Source of the DNA: a virus
IMG/VR virus record: IMGVR_UViG_3300031885_000010
Span: 2,440-66,439 of that record
DNA length: 64,000 bases
Direction: 5' to 3' (one strand)
Shown: positions 27,987 through 38,053 of the stretch, piece after piece
How the letters are laid out: every line of letters begins with the position of its first letter
How positions within the stretch are numbered: the stretch's first letter is position 1
Program-made: the position numbers and the translations under genes
Notes under the pieces: generated by a model
Seen by the model: the letters and a program-made list of their open reading frames with translations, nothing else
Told to the model about the DNA's origin: nothing
Databases searched by the model: none

Positions 27987-28469
27987 TTATGCCGGATAAA
28001 TAGTATCCGTATCATTTGTCGTATTCACATTCAAATCTAAAAGCTTGGCAAATACGTCAATGACAACCGTGTTGGCAGCCCCTACTGACTTAGCAATAAT
28101 GTCAATGGTTCCTGCAACCTCAAAGAACTTACCTTGACTGGCAGCCGTACCTGAAGTTGAGGATATATATGCATATTTCCCTGCAGTAGTAGCAAGCGAT
28201 GCAGACGTAATCAGTCTTGCACTTGATACGGGAGTCTTAGCCCGAATTGTCATCACGGTACTCGAAATATTACTCTTCGTGACAATCCTGTATGCCACTC
28301 TCTCAACATATGCTCCTGCCGGAATATTCATAATTCTGTAAACGGTGCTTCCTACAAGAGGCTTAGCCGTTGTTGCAGTTACCCTTTGATGAATCCAAGT
28401 AGACTTATCCTTTCCATCCCAAGGGAACCCTGCACTTCCTACCGCAATGTTTGCTGAAGTTGTTGCCAT
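27987..28469 (-). CDS. Putative capsid decoration/cement protein
   Basis: IPAGAYV motif; immediately after major capsid. Confidence 0.65.
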   Translation of the reverse strand: MATTSANIAVGSAGFPWDGKDKSTWIHQRVTATTAKPLVGSTVYRIMNIPAGAYVERVAYRIVTKSNISSTVMTIRAKTPVSSARLITSASLATTAGKYAYISSTSGTAASQGKFFEVAGTIDIIAKSVGAANTVVIDVFAKLLDLNVNTTNDTDTIYPA

Positions 28470-28495
28470 AAGTAATCTACCTCCTTATTACAGAA

Positions 28496-28520
28496 TCCTC
28501 CGGCCATTAAGAAGCCGGAG
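28496..28520 (-). terminator. Hairpin after major capsid gene
   Basis: CCTCCGGC...GCCGGAGG inverted repeat. Confidence 0.5.
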
Positions 28521-28529
28521 GGTTAGTGA

Positions 28530-30781
28530 TTATGTGAAAACTACAGTAGCATAGATTCTGCCGACTGCCACAGGCTTAATCATCTCATACCCATACACGT
28601 GCAGGGATTTGATGTGCTTCCCAAATGTGGATTCCGGCTTATCTATATAATCTGTCTCTACGAACTGAGATGCATAGGTGATACCATATGGGTGTCCGAA
28701 AATGATATCCCAGCACAACTGACCCGTAGTAGAATCAGTATAGGATGGAAGTAGGTTGGAGGCATAAAGAGTAAAGTTACCCAACCGTCCCAGTCTCCCA
28801 CTTCTTAATGTTGACTGGTTATCTCCCATCATGGATGCATCCTTTACATCGGAGTTCCTGAGCAATACTGCTGCTGCTTCCGGCATAACGATGAACCATC
28901 CACCCTGTGGCACGTTCTGTTCACCCAGTACCCCACCAGCCATGAGAATATATTTGACCATATTGGCGCTGGTGAGTTCCACGGGTGCGCCTGATGCACC
29001 AATATTATAGAGTCCTGAGACTCTTCCTGCTGCAATGCCGACATTATGCGAATCACACTTCGCAGCGATCCATGCTAATACTTCCGTATCCCTGTCGATC
29101 TTCTCATTCTCGATAGCATCCTCTGCCCACTGATTCATAAGGTCAATGTCGGACTGATACTTATCAATATCATCAATCCCGAATCTGGCATAGGCTGCCT
29201 TGTCAATGAGAAGCTGAATATATGGAGATTCAACCCTGTCCACAGCTTGCAATTGCATACCCTTCTGATAGGTATGCCACGGAACTGTACCACGGGTTCT
29301 GATCCAGACGGTATCACCTTGGGCCTTAATCGACCCTTCATACGCTATGTTATCCTTGAGGCTCTTTATCCCCAAGTTCTTGCGGTTTATTTTCCACGCA
29401 AGGCCGGACTATCTCATCACCCTTATAAAAACTACCATCCTTTTTCTTAGATTTTCTACCATCACGAAATCTTGAAACTTCCCTGTAATACTTTCGTGAA
29501 TAGCATCTAACGCAAAGTCCTTTCCTACGAATATCGTAGATTGAAGCAGAGCATTTAGAACAGTAGGCTAAGGGTGCTCGGTGCTCGTGCAAACCAAGAT
29601 TTGCCACATGTGCAATTTTATACATCATTGATGGAATAATATATGGCTGGATAAGCCCAACAAACTCCCGACTATTTTGGGTATTAGCTTCAATCAGCCA
29701 TTGTTTACCTTCGGAAACTTGTTTCATAAATCTCAGATTAAATGTGATTCCATATTCATCCTGAAAATACTTTTGGATTATATGAATCTCATCCTCATTA
29801 CACATTGTAGCAATGTTAGTAGCAACAGAGGAAATCCATCCTTCTTTATTTCTATTTACTCTCGCATTCCCATCATCCATATACCAGATTGCTATTCCTT
29901 CTGGAGTTAACATCCTTAATACTCTTTCAGAAAAGGTCTTAACTCCATTAGGATATAACCATTCTCTTATTTGCTTGAAATATGGATTAGACACGGAGAA
30001 CGCACAATATCTATATTTTTTCTTTGGACCATGCATTCCAAATGTTACTGAGAAGTTTCCACCCAAATGTTTCTTTATCAACCCAGCCTTGTGTTCACAA
30101 TAGTCAAGTTGAGAAACTGAGTGAAGAATTCTCATCTCTGAACTTACATAGCCATTATATCCATTATGTCTATAACGGACATTCAGATATGAATCACCCA
30201 AACACATCCCAATCAGAATTCCCCTTGTCTCTACTTTCATCTTGCCTCCATCAGGGCATGAAGCCCAGGAGAATTAATCTTAGCTTGTAGTCTCTGAACC
30301 TTCTCCTTACGGAGCTTGGCTGCGGATAACCATTTCAGGCTTCCCCGCAATTCGCCGAGTTTTACACGAACTATGTGGCTAATTCGTGTTACTGATGTGA
30401 GTTATTACTGTTGCCGTTTCTGTTATCACTGAGGCTCTTTATCCTCAGTATCTTACGGTTCATTTCCTGTAAGACCGGACTATATCATCACCCCATAGGG
30501 TGTCGGGCACTCGTGTGGGGATTATTCTTTCGTCACCCCTTAGTCTCTGAACCTTCCGCATCCCTTGAGTTTCCTCTACATATGCGACTTGGCTGCTGAT
30601 TGGCATTTCAGCGTTCCAGCAATTCACCCGATTCACAGTGTCAAATTTCTCTGACATGGGACTGCAACATTTAGCAATCATACCACTTTTCAACCAGCTT
30701 CGTACTCCATATTTGAGGTATGAAGGCGCTGGTTCCTGCTGAACTATAATCGGGATACCCCGATACTCTTGCGACTGCCAT
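28530..30781 (-). CDS. Major capsid protein, spliced: join(complement 30677-30781, 30382-30414, 28530-29342), 316 aa
   Basis: AAGGAGG RBS; exons join in frame to MAVARVSGYPDYSSAGTSAFIPQIWSTKLVEKWYD|ATVITHISNTN|YEGSIKAQGDTVWIR, a P22-coat-like N-terminus. Confidence 0.9.
29343..30381 (-). mobile_element. Group I intron 2 (1039 nt) with LAGLIDADG ORF
   Basis: Exon ends in U; P1 ACACGAAT/GTTCGTGT; P10 CATA/TATG; GTTCAGAGACTA and GAGATAGTCC core; terminal G. Confidence 0.92.
29350..30240 (-). CDS. Intron-encoded LAGLIDADG homing endonuclease with C-terminal CxxC...CxxC extension
   Basis: LIGMCLGDS and IAIWYMDDG motifs; IIPSMMYK. Confidence 0.92.
   Translation of the reverse strand: MKVETRGILIGMCLGDSYLNVRYRHNGYNGYVSSEMRILHSVSQLDYCEHKAGLIKKHLGGNFSVTFGMHGPKKKYRYCAFSVSNPYFKQIREWLYPNGVKTFSERVLRMLTPEGIAIWYMDDGNARVNRNKEGWISSVATNIATMCNEDEIHIIQKYFQDEYGITFNLRFMKQVSEGKQWLIEANTQNSREFVGLIQPYIIPSMMYKIAHVANLGLHEHRAPLAYCSKCSASIYDIRRKGLCVRCYSRKYYREVSRFRDGRKSKKKDGSFYKGDEIVRPCVENKPQELGDKEPQG
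30415..30676 (-). mobile_element. Group I intron 1 (262 nt, ORF-less)
   Basis: Exon ends GAU; IGS TGTTGCAGTC pairs with both exons; AATTGCTGGAA...AATCAGCAGCCAAG, GTTCAGAGACTA, GATATAGTCC; terminal G. Confidence 0.9.
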
Positions 30782-30864
30782 AAGATGTTACCTCCTTAAT
30801 GATTAATGCACTAACCATATTGGTTAATGTTTATTGCTTAACCATTAAGGATAATCCCTAATGG

Positions 30865-31944
30865 TTAAGGTTGCACACGGCTTCCTACACTGATAATCTT
30901 GCGGAGAGTAGCATCACGCTTAACGTATTCATCCTGCGTACCCTTCCACAATCCACAATTCTTCAGTTGAGACATGCTGGTTAATTCCTTAATTGCCTCG
31001 GCTACCGTCATCTTGGCTGGAGGTGCAGTGGAGACTGGAGGTCCATCACTTCTATTCGGTGCCACCTTACTTGCCAGCTTATCCTGAACAGCAGCCGGAT
31101 TGCCTACAGGTGGAACCACAGATGGTTTCTTTTTCCCTGTTGCAATATCCAGAAACTTTATTACTCTTCCCAAATCCCGTCTGTCAAAAGCATCCTTGAT
31201 AATGGCATACTTTGAGATTCCGGTAAGTGGGTCTTCTTCGTTGACGAATGCCTGAAATTCTGGACTGGCCTTAATTGTTACCCAATCAGAGTACTCCCTA
31301 TTGAAATCCGCCCAGAATCTCTGTTCTGCGGTTTGAGCAAACTTAGCATCTACCTTACCTACTTCCTGAACAATAGTCTGATTTGCCTGCTTCTGAGCAC
31401 GTTCCAATGCAAGATTATAGACTCGTTCTTGGCTTCCTAAAAGAGCCTCAAAAGCTTCAGGAACCATGTTATCCTTAAGCGTCTTGAATTCAGGCATCTC
31501 CATAAGAACTTCCCGTACAGGCTTCTCTGGAACCTCTGTCTTAACAGGCGGTGTCTCCTTAATCTCAGTAAGTCTCAGTACCTGTTCCGTCAGAAAGTTG
31601 ACCTGTCTCTGTAATTCAGCAGGTTCCTTATCATACTTACCCTTGAGGCTACTGTATTCCTGCTGAAGCCTATCGAACTCCTCTTGAGTGTAGGTCTTTG
31701 GTGCAGGAGACTCAACTGGCGGTTCCACTACAGGTTCCACAGGCGGTTCCACGAGTGGTTCTATAGGTGGCTCTACCGGAGGTGTTACTGCAACAACCGG
31801 AGGAGGCTCTATAATAGACTCCACAGGTGGTGCCGGAGGCGGAGTACCCGCTTCCTTAGCCTTCTGCCTGTCAATGATGAATTGGTCAGCTTTCTTCACT
31901 CTACTCTTAATGTCCAATGGCAAATCAGTGTACTTATCACTCAT
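30865..31944 (-). CDS. Capsid scaffolding protein
   Basis: Pro-rich N-terminus, YSSLKGKY coiled coil, directly upstream of capsid; AAGGAGG RBS. Confidence 0.8.
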   Translation of the reverse strand: MSDKYTDLPLDIKSRVKKADQFIIDRQKAKEAGTPPPAPPVESIIEPPPVVAVTPPVEPPIEPLVEPPVEPVVEPPVESPAPKTYTQEEFDRLQQEYSSLKGKYDKEPAELQRQVNFLTEQVLRLTEIKETPPVKTEVPEKPVREVLMEMPEFKTLKDNMVPEAFEALLGSQERVYNLALERAQKQANQTIVQEVGKVDAKFAQTAEQRFWADFNREYSDWVTIKASPEFQAFVNEEDPLTGISKYAIIKDAFDRRDLGRVIKFLDIATGKKKPSVVPPVGNPAAVQDKLASKVAPNRSDGPPVSTAPPAKMTVAEAIKELTSMSQLKNCGLWKGTQDEYVKRDATLRKIISVGSRVQP

Positions 31945-32058
31945 AATATCCTCCTTGTGAGCGCCATACGGAATCAATGTTCCATGGTCTGCTCAATGTA
32001 TTAGATTTCCTACCGCCGCCATTACGTGGTCTGGTAGAATGGTGGCCAATCAAACTAC

Positions 32059-32118
32059 CCAAACAAAAAAGCCCACTGTCAGTCATGCATGACAATGGGC
32101 TTTCTGTTATCCGTTTGG
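32059..32118 (-). terminator. Terminator-like hairpin in structured leader of scaffold gene
   Basis: AAAGCCCATTGTCA...TGACAGTGGGCTTTTTT on minus strand. Confidence 0.6.
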
Positions 32119-32193
32119 TTTCTCCCAGGAGGCGTGGCCAACGCACTGGAATAGGTTATTATCTATTATCCACTTGTATCTTTCATATCTTAT

Positions 32194-32409
32194 TTATCCC
32201 GTAATATTCCTCAATGTTACTCTCGCACTTGCAATCTTGTGTTGTATATCCATTAACTCAGCAATTCTTCCGGCGTTAAAATGATTAACCCCTAACTCTT
32301 TATGTATACTCCATATAGAATCATTAATCCACGAAAGTATCATATCCCAGTTGGGATTACCTTCAATGGCTACTATTGCCCGTAAGGTTTCTTCGTCTGG
32401 GTGTATCAT
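32194..32409 (-). CDS. Small head-module protein
   Basis: Position between portal region and scaffold. Confidence 0.55.
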   Translation of the reverse strand: MIHPDEETLRAIVAIEGNPNWDMILSWINDSIWSIHKELGVNHFNAGRIAELMDIQHKIASARVTLRNITG

Positions 32410-32804
32410 TCAATCCACTCCGGTTGCCTTCCATCAGGATAGTGTTTAAGTTTCCTTACCGACAACTCCTTGTCCTGTGAATCATATCTGGTGAAGATCA
32501 TTATGTCTCTTTCCCGATCCTTCGTATCGTAATAAGTTACGGTCATCTTTTCCTTAGAGATCATATTTCCAAGAACATCTCTTGTTACGTTGATCCGTTC
32601 TTTTATCTGGCCATCAGGCCAATATTCCTCACTTGGTCTACCCTGAATCTCAAGATTCTCAATATCAAGATCATTCCCCTTTAAATAGAGAATGATAAGT
32701 TGCTTTTTGGTCATCAGGTCAAGTTTCTGTTTAAATTTGGTTCTGATAACGGTCACATCTGCATCTTTTAGTTGCTGTAAGGTGTAATCCCCTAAAATTC
32801 CCAT
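32406..32804 (-). CDS. Hypothetical protein
   Basis: ORF with GGAGG RBS. Confidence 0.6.
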   Translation of the reverse strand: MGILGDYTLQQLKDADVTVIRTKFKQKLDLMTKKQLIILYLKGNDLDIENLEIQGRPSEEYWPDGQIKERINVTRDVLGNMISKEKMTVTYYDTKDRERDIMIFTRYDSQDKELSVRKLKHYPDGRQPEWIE

Positions 32805-32806
32805 TT

Positions 32807-33283
32807 TCAACCTCCAGTCTGAATATTATTTAGTTTGGCAAAATCCCCATAATATAATTTAGCCGCTTCATTATAGGCTAATGCTGCATCATCCCTTTGG
32901 ATGAATACGCCGAGATGAATCGACTTATTTTCTACACTAATTCCAGATTCCCACTTTTTAAGTCGGGGATACCACCAAACACCTTTATAACCAGATGTAT
33001 TCCCTTTCTGTATTCTACGATTTCGGTTATTATCAAGGGGTCTACATACTCTCATATTCTCACGAATGCAGTTCAAACCATTTCCATCTTTATGGTCAAC
33101 TTCCATTTTGATAGAAGGTTGCATTAAAAAGCGATGAAGATAAACGAGATGATTCTCAATTTGTGCTCTTGCATACCATATTTTTTTAATACATACAGCG
33201 CACCATTTATATTTAGAAACAGCATCAAAATCTTCGTCATCAATGATTGCAACCTTGTTTTGAGAAAGAAAAATCTCTTTCAT
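32807..33283 (-). CDS. HNH-AP2 endonuclease
   Basis: VDHKDGNGLNCIRENMR; NTSGYKGV; AALAYNEAAKLYYGDFAKLN. Confidence 0.93.
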   Translation of the reverse strand: MKEIFLSQNKVAIIDDEDFDAVSKYKWCAVCIKKIWYARAQIENHLVYLHRFLMQPSIKMEVDHKDGNGLNCIRENMRVCRPLDNNRNRRIQKGNTSGYKGVWWYPRLKKWESGISVENKSIHLGVFIQRDDAALAYNEAAKLYYGDFAKLNNIQTGG

Positions 33284-33286
33284 CCC

Positions 33287-34114
33287 TTACCCCCCCCTGA
33301 CCAAAGCAACAAAACAGGGAGCAGTCTTAAGGACGCTGTACACGTTGCCATAGCCGAAACTCACGATAATGGCGTAAGCAACGTTGCTAGGGTGCGTAGT
33401 AGCCGACCAAAAGTAATCGCTCGTAGGCCACCCAGGGAATGCCACCGCATCGGGCGCTGCGATGGGTTGCTCCATATGACGTAAGCTGAAAAGTTCTACA
33501 TCATCAGCTATTTTCCAATCCCCGTATCCCCCTAACAATGCAGCGTTTACCGCTAACACATAGGGAAATATTCCATACCCACTTATGGTAGTCCAGGGAA
33601 GTTTACCATCGCTGGCAGGTCCCATCTTGTCCGAGACTGTTTGAGACCACATCAAGCCTGTGTTATTATCTAACACACAGGCATTACTGTGTGCCTCACG
33701 TTTCTTGATGGTAATACTTGCACCTTCGACCTCACTCGTTAAGACATTACTTGAAGTCAATGTGATTGTCCCAGCCGCAACGCCTCCTGCTGCAATCGTA
33801 TGTGCTATATTGTTTCCTGGCGTTGGAGACCCAGAGACGGGAATAACATCACCAGCCACGAACAGGGTGGTAAAGTTGGTTGTGTCAGAAGTTAATGTAT
33901 CGGGTGTTCCCTTCACGAATGCAATATGGGTTGAAACCAGATGGGTAAGGTCAATCGTGGTAGTACCAGAGAATGTTCCAGCGGTAAAAACCGTGTAGGA
34001 TTTGGCCATTCCCTTCTCATAATAACCATCATCGTAATCCACATAACTGGTCGTCTGGCCGGTTACTAATAATCTTGCCCTATTTAAAAGAACACCATTT
34101 CTATAGGTACTCAT
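33287..34114 (-). CDS. DUF1566/Lcl-C (C-type-lectin-fold) receptor-binding-like protein
   Basis: VLDNNTGLMW...GGYGDW...YFWSATT...VRGG. Confidence 0.8.
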   Translation of the reverse strand: MSTYRNGVLLNRARLLVTGQTTSYVDYDDGYYEKGMAKSYTVFTAGTFSGTTTIDLTHLVSTHIAFVKGTPDTLTSDTTNFTTLFVAGDVIPVSGSPTPGNNIAHTIAAGGVAAGTITLTSSNVLTSEVEGASITIKKREAHSNACVLDNNTGLMWSQTVSDKMGPASDGKLPWTTISGYGIFPYVLAVNAALLGGYGDWKIADDVELFSLRHMEQPIAAPDAVAFPGWPTSDYFWSATTHPSNVAYAIIVSFGYGNVYSVLKTAPCFVALVRGG

Positions 34115-35370
34115 ACCAAATATCCTCCATTAACATTAGCTCGATAATGAATTATCACATCACAGGTTGTAGGATTAGTATCTGCCGTTCCGCCAGCAAT
34201 CGTTAATTGCACCAAATTTCCAGTCTGAAGAAGTATCTTTCCAGTCCAACTTAATTGTGCATATGCAGTTAGATTTGCTATTGCCCCTTCAGTTGAAGAA
34301 ATAATGACTTGCGGAGTGGTATGATCGGTTTGAACCGAAATTGAAGTAATTCCACCAGTATCATCGGCAACATTCAATCTTGGAGAAAAAATCACAGACT
34401 CAATAGTTACATTCTGAGTTGTTCCAGTTGCAATGGTATAATTACCTGCACTATTATGGAGATCAACTGTCGCAGAAAGAATTTGAAGGTTGCCTACTGC
34501 ACGATTGATAGCATTCACAGAACCTTCAAGACCGCTTTGTGCATATTCCTGTCTCTCAAATACATTCCCATCTGCATTTGATGTAACCCATGCAGAATTA
34601 TAGACACCTGCAATAAACTGCTCTCCACCACTACCATAAACAATATATCTGAAATGCCCGAAGTCTCCCTGAACAATCTCTGAGGTACTGGTTCCTTTGG
34701 AGTATGACTCAAAGAAGAGTGTAACTTGATTCGTCATGTAATTAGATGGATCTTCGACCTTGGTTATTAGTACCCAATTGTAAAGTGGATATTGGACTGT
34801 TGAGTAATAAAGATTCCACGATTTTCCCCATCGTTCAATCTTAAATGCCACTGCATCATCAGTCGTATTCACACTGGCAGTGACCTCTGCTGCGTTATTC
34901 AACTTGGATCGAACTTGATATCTATTAATGGACGTTCCTTTCTGTCTCTCAATGGCAATATAGTTGGTGGAATCGTAGGTTGTCCCTTTCGACAATAGCA
35001 TCCCTGCTGCTTTTGCAGTCGCACTATCCACAGATCCCCAAGTTAATGACAGGTCACAAATGATACTGAATATATCAGCATAAAATGGGATAGCGTGATT
35101 GACTGCATATCTGGCTTCGGTAGGGGTTCCATCGGGGTCGAGTTTTACCATTAATCTATTTGCCGTAGTAGTATTGATGTCTGCCGACCCACCTTCCGTA
35201 CCCGTTATGTATCCTACATTCCACCTCTCATTATCAGCATCGGCATCAGCAACATCAAAGTCATCCATATCAGCAATGGCAGGAACCAATGACATGATGG
35301 CACCTGGAGTATAATAAGGTGGATAGCCGAAACCAAGATGATATATGTCTGCCCAATTCTTTCGTGACAT
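34111..35370 (-). CDS. Virion beta-sandwich (lectin-like) protein
   Basis: Beta-rich 419 aa in structural module. Confidence 0.55.
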   Translation of the reverse strand: MSRKNWADIYHLGFGYPPYYTPGAIMSLVPAIADMDDFDVADADADNERWNVGYITGTEGGSADINTTTANRLMVKLDPDGTPTEARYAVNHAIPFYADIFSIICDLSLTWGSVDSATAKAAGMLLSKGTTYDSTNYIAIERQKGTSINRYQVRSKLNNAAEVTASVNTTDDAVAFKIERWGKSWNLYYSTVQYPLYNWVLITKVEDPSNYMTNQVTLFFESYSKGTSTSEIVQGDFGHFRYIVYGSGGEQFIAGVYNSAWVTSNADGNVFERQEYAQSGLEGSVNAINRAVGNLQILSATVDLHNSAGNYTIATGTTQNVTIESVIFSPRLNVADDTGGITSISVQTDHTTPQVIISSTEGAIANLTAYAQLSWTGKILLQTGNLVQLTIAGGTADTNPTTCDVIIHYRANVNGGYLV

Positions 35371-35384
35371 TTAAATTCCTCCTT

Positions 35385-35762
35385 TTATATTAATTCCATG
35401 AAGTGATCTGGAATATAATCCATATCAACTGTAACCGTACCATTAGAGCCAGGATCTCCGCTTGGTTGTGCCGTTACATACTCCCCATAAGTAATAGGGA
35501 TACTGGAAGGAAGTACATATCCTGCGGCTCCTGAGTTCTTGTCTAATGGTTCGGATTCAGCCAGAAGTATTCCATTCCGATCATAAAGGCGAACCAAAGT
35601 CGTAACATTATTTGTGAAGTCTGGAGTAACTATTTTTACCATGCATAACATTCCCTGACATCTTCCAGTATTGGCTGATATACTTGCTGGATTGGATTGC
35701 CGAACTTCTGCGGATGCTCCATCTGGAAGTATAATTGATATTCTTGGTATAATCTTAGCCAT
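35385..35762 (-). CDS. Hypothetical virion protein
   Basis: ORF with RBS after portal. Confidence 0.6.
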   Translation of the reverse strand: MAKIIPRISIILPDGASAEVRQSNPASISANTGRCQGMLCMVKIVTPDFTNNVTTLVRLYDRNGILLAESEPLDKNSGAAGYVLPSSIPITYGEYVTAQPSGDPGSNGTVTVDMDYIPDHFMELI

Positions 35763-35776
35763 CTTACTATCCTCCT

Positions 35777-37846
35777 TTATTGCATAGACGGTCCTGTAGG
35801 AACCATTCTATTAGCCGTTCCCTGCACGGGATTGCCTGCTGCATCTACCTGTGGTGCACCTGCCGGTGGAGGCACAGCCCCCTGCATCGGTAAGGGATTG
35901 AGTTGATCCTCCGGCACCAACTTACTGGCATCCAGATGCATACTCTTAGCCGATTCCTTCAGCCCATACTTTAATCCTTCACGTCCCATAAGTTCCTGAA
36001 ACACTGGGATAGTACCAGCATTACGCAGGAAGTCATTGAGTCGGAGTGCCTGTTGTTCTCTGAGCATAAGCCATGCTGAACCCTTAGCCTGTATTTTCGT
36101 ATCTCCGATGTATTCCAATGTTTCATCAAGATTGTAGTTCTCATAGTATTGAGCCTTGATTAAAGGTATGATGATATTGGTATCAACAGTAAATGCTACT
36201 TCCCTAATTCCACGATTCTGCTGACCCATGAACATGGAAAGGCCCGATGCAGTATTGCCAGCTCCTGACACGTTGGGATCTCCATGCGCATATCCGGCAA
36301 TCCCACAGTGTTCATCAGCAATCTTGGAGGCATCATGATAAGCACTAAGGAGTTCAGAAGCATGCATTTGTGCTTGGAAAAACTGCATGAAGGGTTCAGT
36401 CTGGGAAGAGAATGCATTCTTAACAAACTTCCAAATCTTCCATGGCCATATTTTGGTTACATCTTGTCCAGGTGCAAGAGATTCAGTATCAAATGCCACC
36501 TGTGGTCCACTTGCTAATGCTATATTATTCTGTAATGCCCTAATAGCTGAGTTAGCTAATGACTGTGCATCAGGAATTGTTTCCGGCAATCCCCTTCCCC
36601 AAAAAGAATTCTTCTCCTCCACATAGGAGGCTTTATAATAAGGTTTTAGGCCGAGTGGATTATCATTAAGCCTGACTGCTAATATCCATCTATCAATGAG
36701 CCATGTCTGGACACGGTACACCAAGTCTGGATCAATCTTAACTCCAAAAAGGGTCTCTCCCTGATCCTCACTTTCTCCTGCCCAGCTAAGAAGCAATCTT
36801 CCTTCTACGGCATCATGGTACTCCAAGCATTCTATCTTATCCCAGGTATAATACTGAGACGACTCTCTACCTTCTGCCTCGATGCGTTCCTGCTCATCCC
36901 AAGTCCATTCATGCCAACCTCTATCGGTGAAAGTACGAAGGATCTCTCGAATCGCCACTTCATCGAAGCCAGGAAGCTCGATCATATCTTGCAGATCGGT
37001 ACGGGTAAAGAATAGACGTTCTATGATTCCTGTATCATTAATATTAGTGGCCCCTGGAAGCGGGAACATATCGAAGGGAGATGGAGAATCCCAGGTAGGA
37101 ATGGTCTCATCCTTCACCTTTACTTTCCCACGTCCATCTGCACTCTCCTCAATATCCATGGCTTTCTTCTTACGGTAGATAGGCCCCTTTATGAATCCAG
37201 CCTTGAGATCCACAATATCCATTAGACATGATGCTAATGCTTCGTAGAATCCTCCCTCTACCAGCTGATCCTCTATCTTAGCCGCCATCATCTCGGACTT
37301 ATCTTTAGCAATGTCCATGATAATAGCCTTATACTGATCCTTAAATTTAGGAAGAGCTTGCATCATGGACTGCTGGATGGCTGATGGGTCTAAACCGGAT
37401 GCGATTACCTGTTGCATGAATTTGTTGACTTCGGCCATAAAGGTGATTTCAGCAAGCCTTTCGTTTTGTGGACTGAGAGATGGAAGAGGAGTTGGCTCGA
37501 TGGAGTATGGGCGCTCGCCTGATTGGAAGTAAACTTCCTTGAGCATAGCCTTAGCAGTTCTGGATTTTACATCTGTTATCATCATGAACAGGTCGGAGCC
37601 AAGTTGTTTAATATCGGCTAATTTGGCTGGCTCATACTCTCCACGGATCTGGAGAAGGTTGGCAATCATCTGATTATGGAACTTTATCTTTTCGAGTTTG
37701 GCCTTCTCCCATGCGGTACGGACATGACCTGAGAGTTGGTTCACCATCATATCTGATGGCGTATCTCCCTTGGCCTTCATCTCACGATCTGCCTTGGCCT
37801 TGGCTTCCTCTTCTAATTTGAGTTGATCGTTGCCTATAAGTTGCAT
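35777..37846 (-). CDS. Portal protein (P22-like podophage type)
   Basis: 689 aa; SPFDMFP, FWGRGL, NIALASGPQV, TASGLSM; after terminase. Confidence 0.9.
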   Translation of the reverse strand: MQLIGNDQLKLEEEAKAKADREMKAKGDTPSDMMVNQLSGHVRTAWEKAKLEKIKFHNQMIANLLQIRGEYEPAKLADIKQLGSDLFMMITDVKSRTAKAMLKEVYFQSGERPYSIEPTPLPSLSPQNERLAEITFMAEVNKFMQQVIASGLDPSAIQQSMMQALPKFKDQYKAIIMDIAKDKSEMMAAKIEDQLVEGGFYEALASCLMDIVDLKAGFIKGPIYRKKKAMDIEESADGRGKVKVKDETIPTWDSPSPFDMFPLPGATNINDTGIIERLFFTRTDLQDMIELPGFDEVAIREILRTFTDRGWHEWTWDEQERIEAEGRESSQYYTWDKIECLEYHDAVEGRLLLSWAGESEDQGETLFGVKIDPDLVYRVQTWLIDRWILAVRLNDNPLGLKPYYKASYVEEKNSFWGRGLPETIPDAQSLANSAIRALQNNIALASGPQVAFDTESLAPGQDVTKIWPWKIWKFVKNAFSSQTEPFMQFFQAQMHASELLSAYHDASKIADEHCGIAGYAHGDPNVSGAGNTASGLSMFMGQQNRGIREVAFTVDTNIIIPLIKAQYYENYNLDETLEYIGDTKIQAKGSAWLMLREQQALRLNDFLRNAGTIPVFQELMGREGLKYGLKESAKSMHLDASKLVPEDQLNPLPMQGAVPPPAGAPQVDAAGNPVQGTANRMVPTGPSMQ

Positions 37847-38037
37847 TTAACTCCTGCAAATACATTGGGAAATGGATTTCCCGTATATGATGGAGAAAAA
37901 GGACTCCAAGGAATTACCCAAGGATTAGTTGGTTCTATTGGATAAGTTATCGTATCTCGATATGGAGGATTACAATTACACTCCCTTACCCACGGTGCAT
38001 ATACCTTCTGACAACGTGGACATACCCATCCTTCCAT
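37834..38037 (-). CDS. Small GWVCPRC zinc-finger protein
   Basis: MEGWVCPRCQKVYAPWVRECNC. Confidence 0.65.
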   Translation of the reverse strand: MEGWVCPRCQKVYAPWVRECNCNPPYRDTITYPIEPTNPWVIPWSPFSPSYTGNPFPNVFAGVKCNL

Positions 38038-38053
38038 TATTCCCTCCATTTCA

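Noticed and set aside
28530-29375. ORF-track 281-aa capsid starting MGIKSLKDNIA
   Set aside because: The first 11 codons are intron sequence; the true start is 30781 with a strong RBS.
30411-30693. ORFs 30460-30693 and 30411-30599
   Set aside because: They overlap the group I intron 1 core and are spurious.
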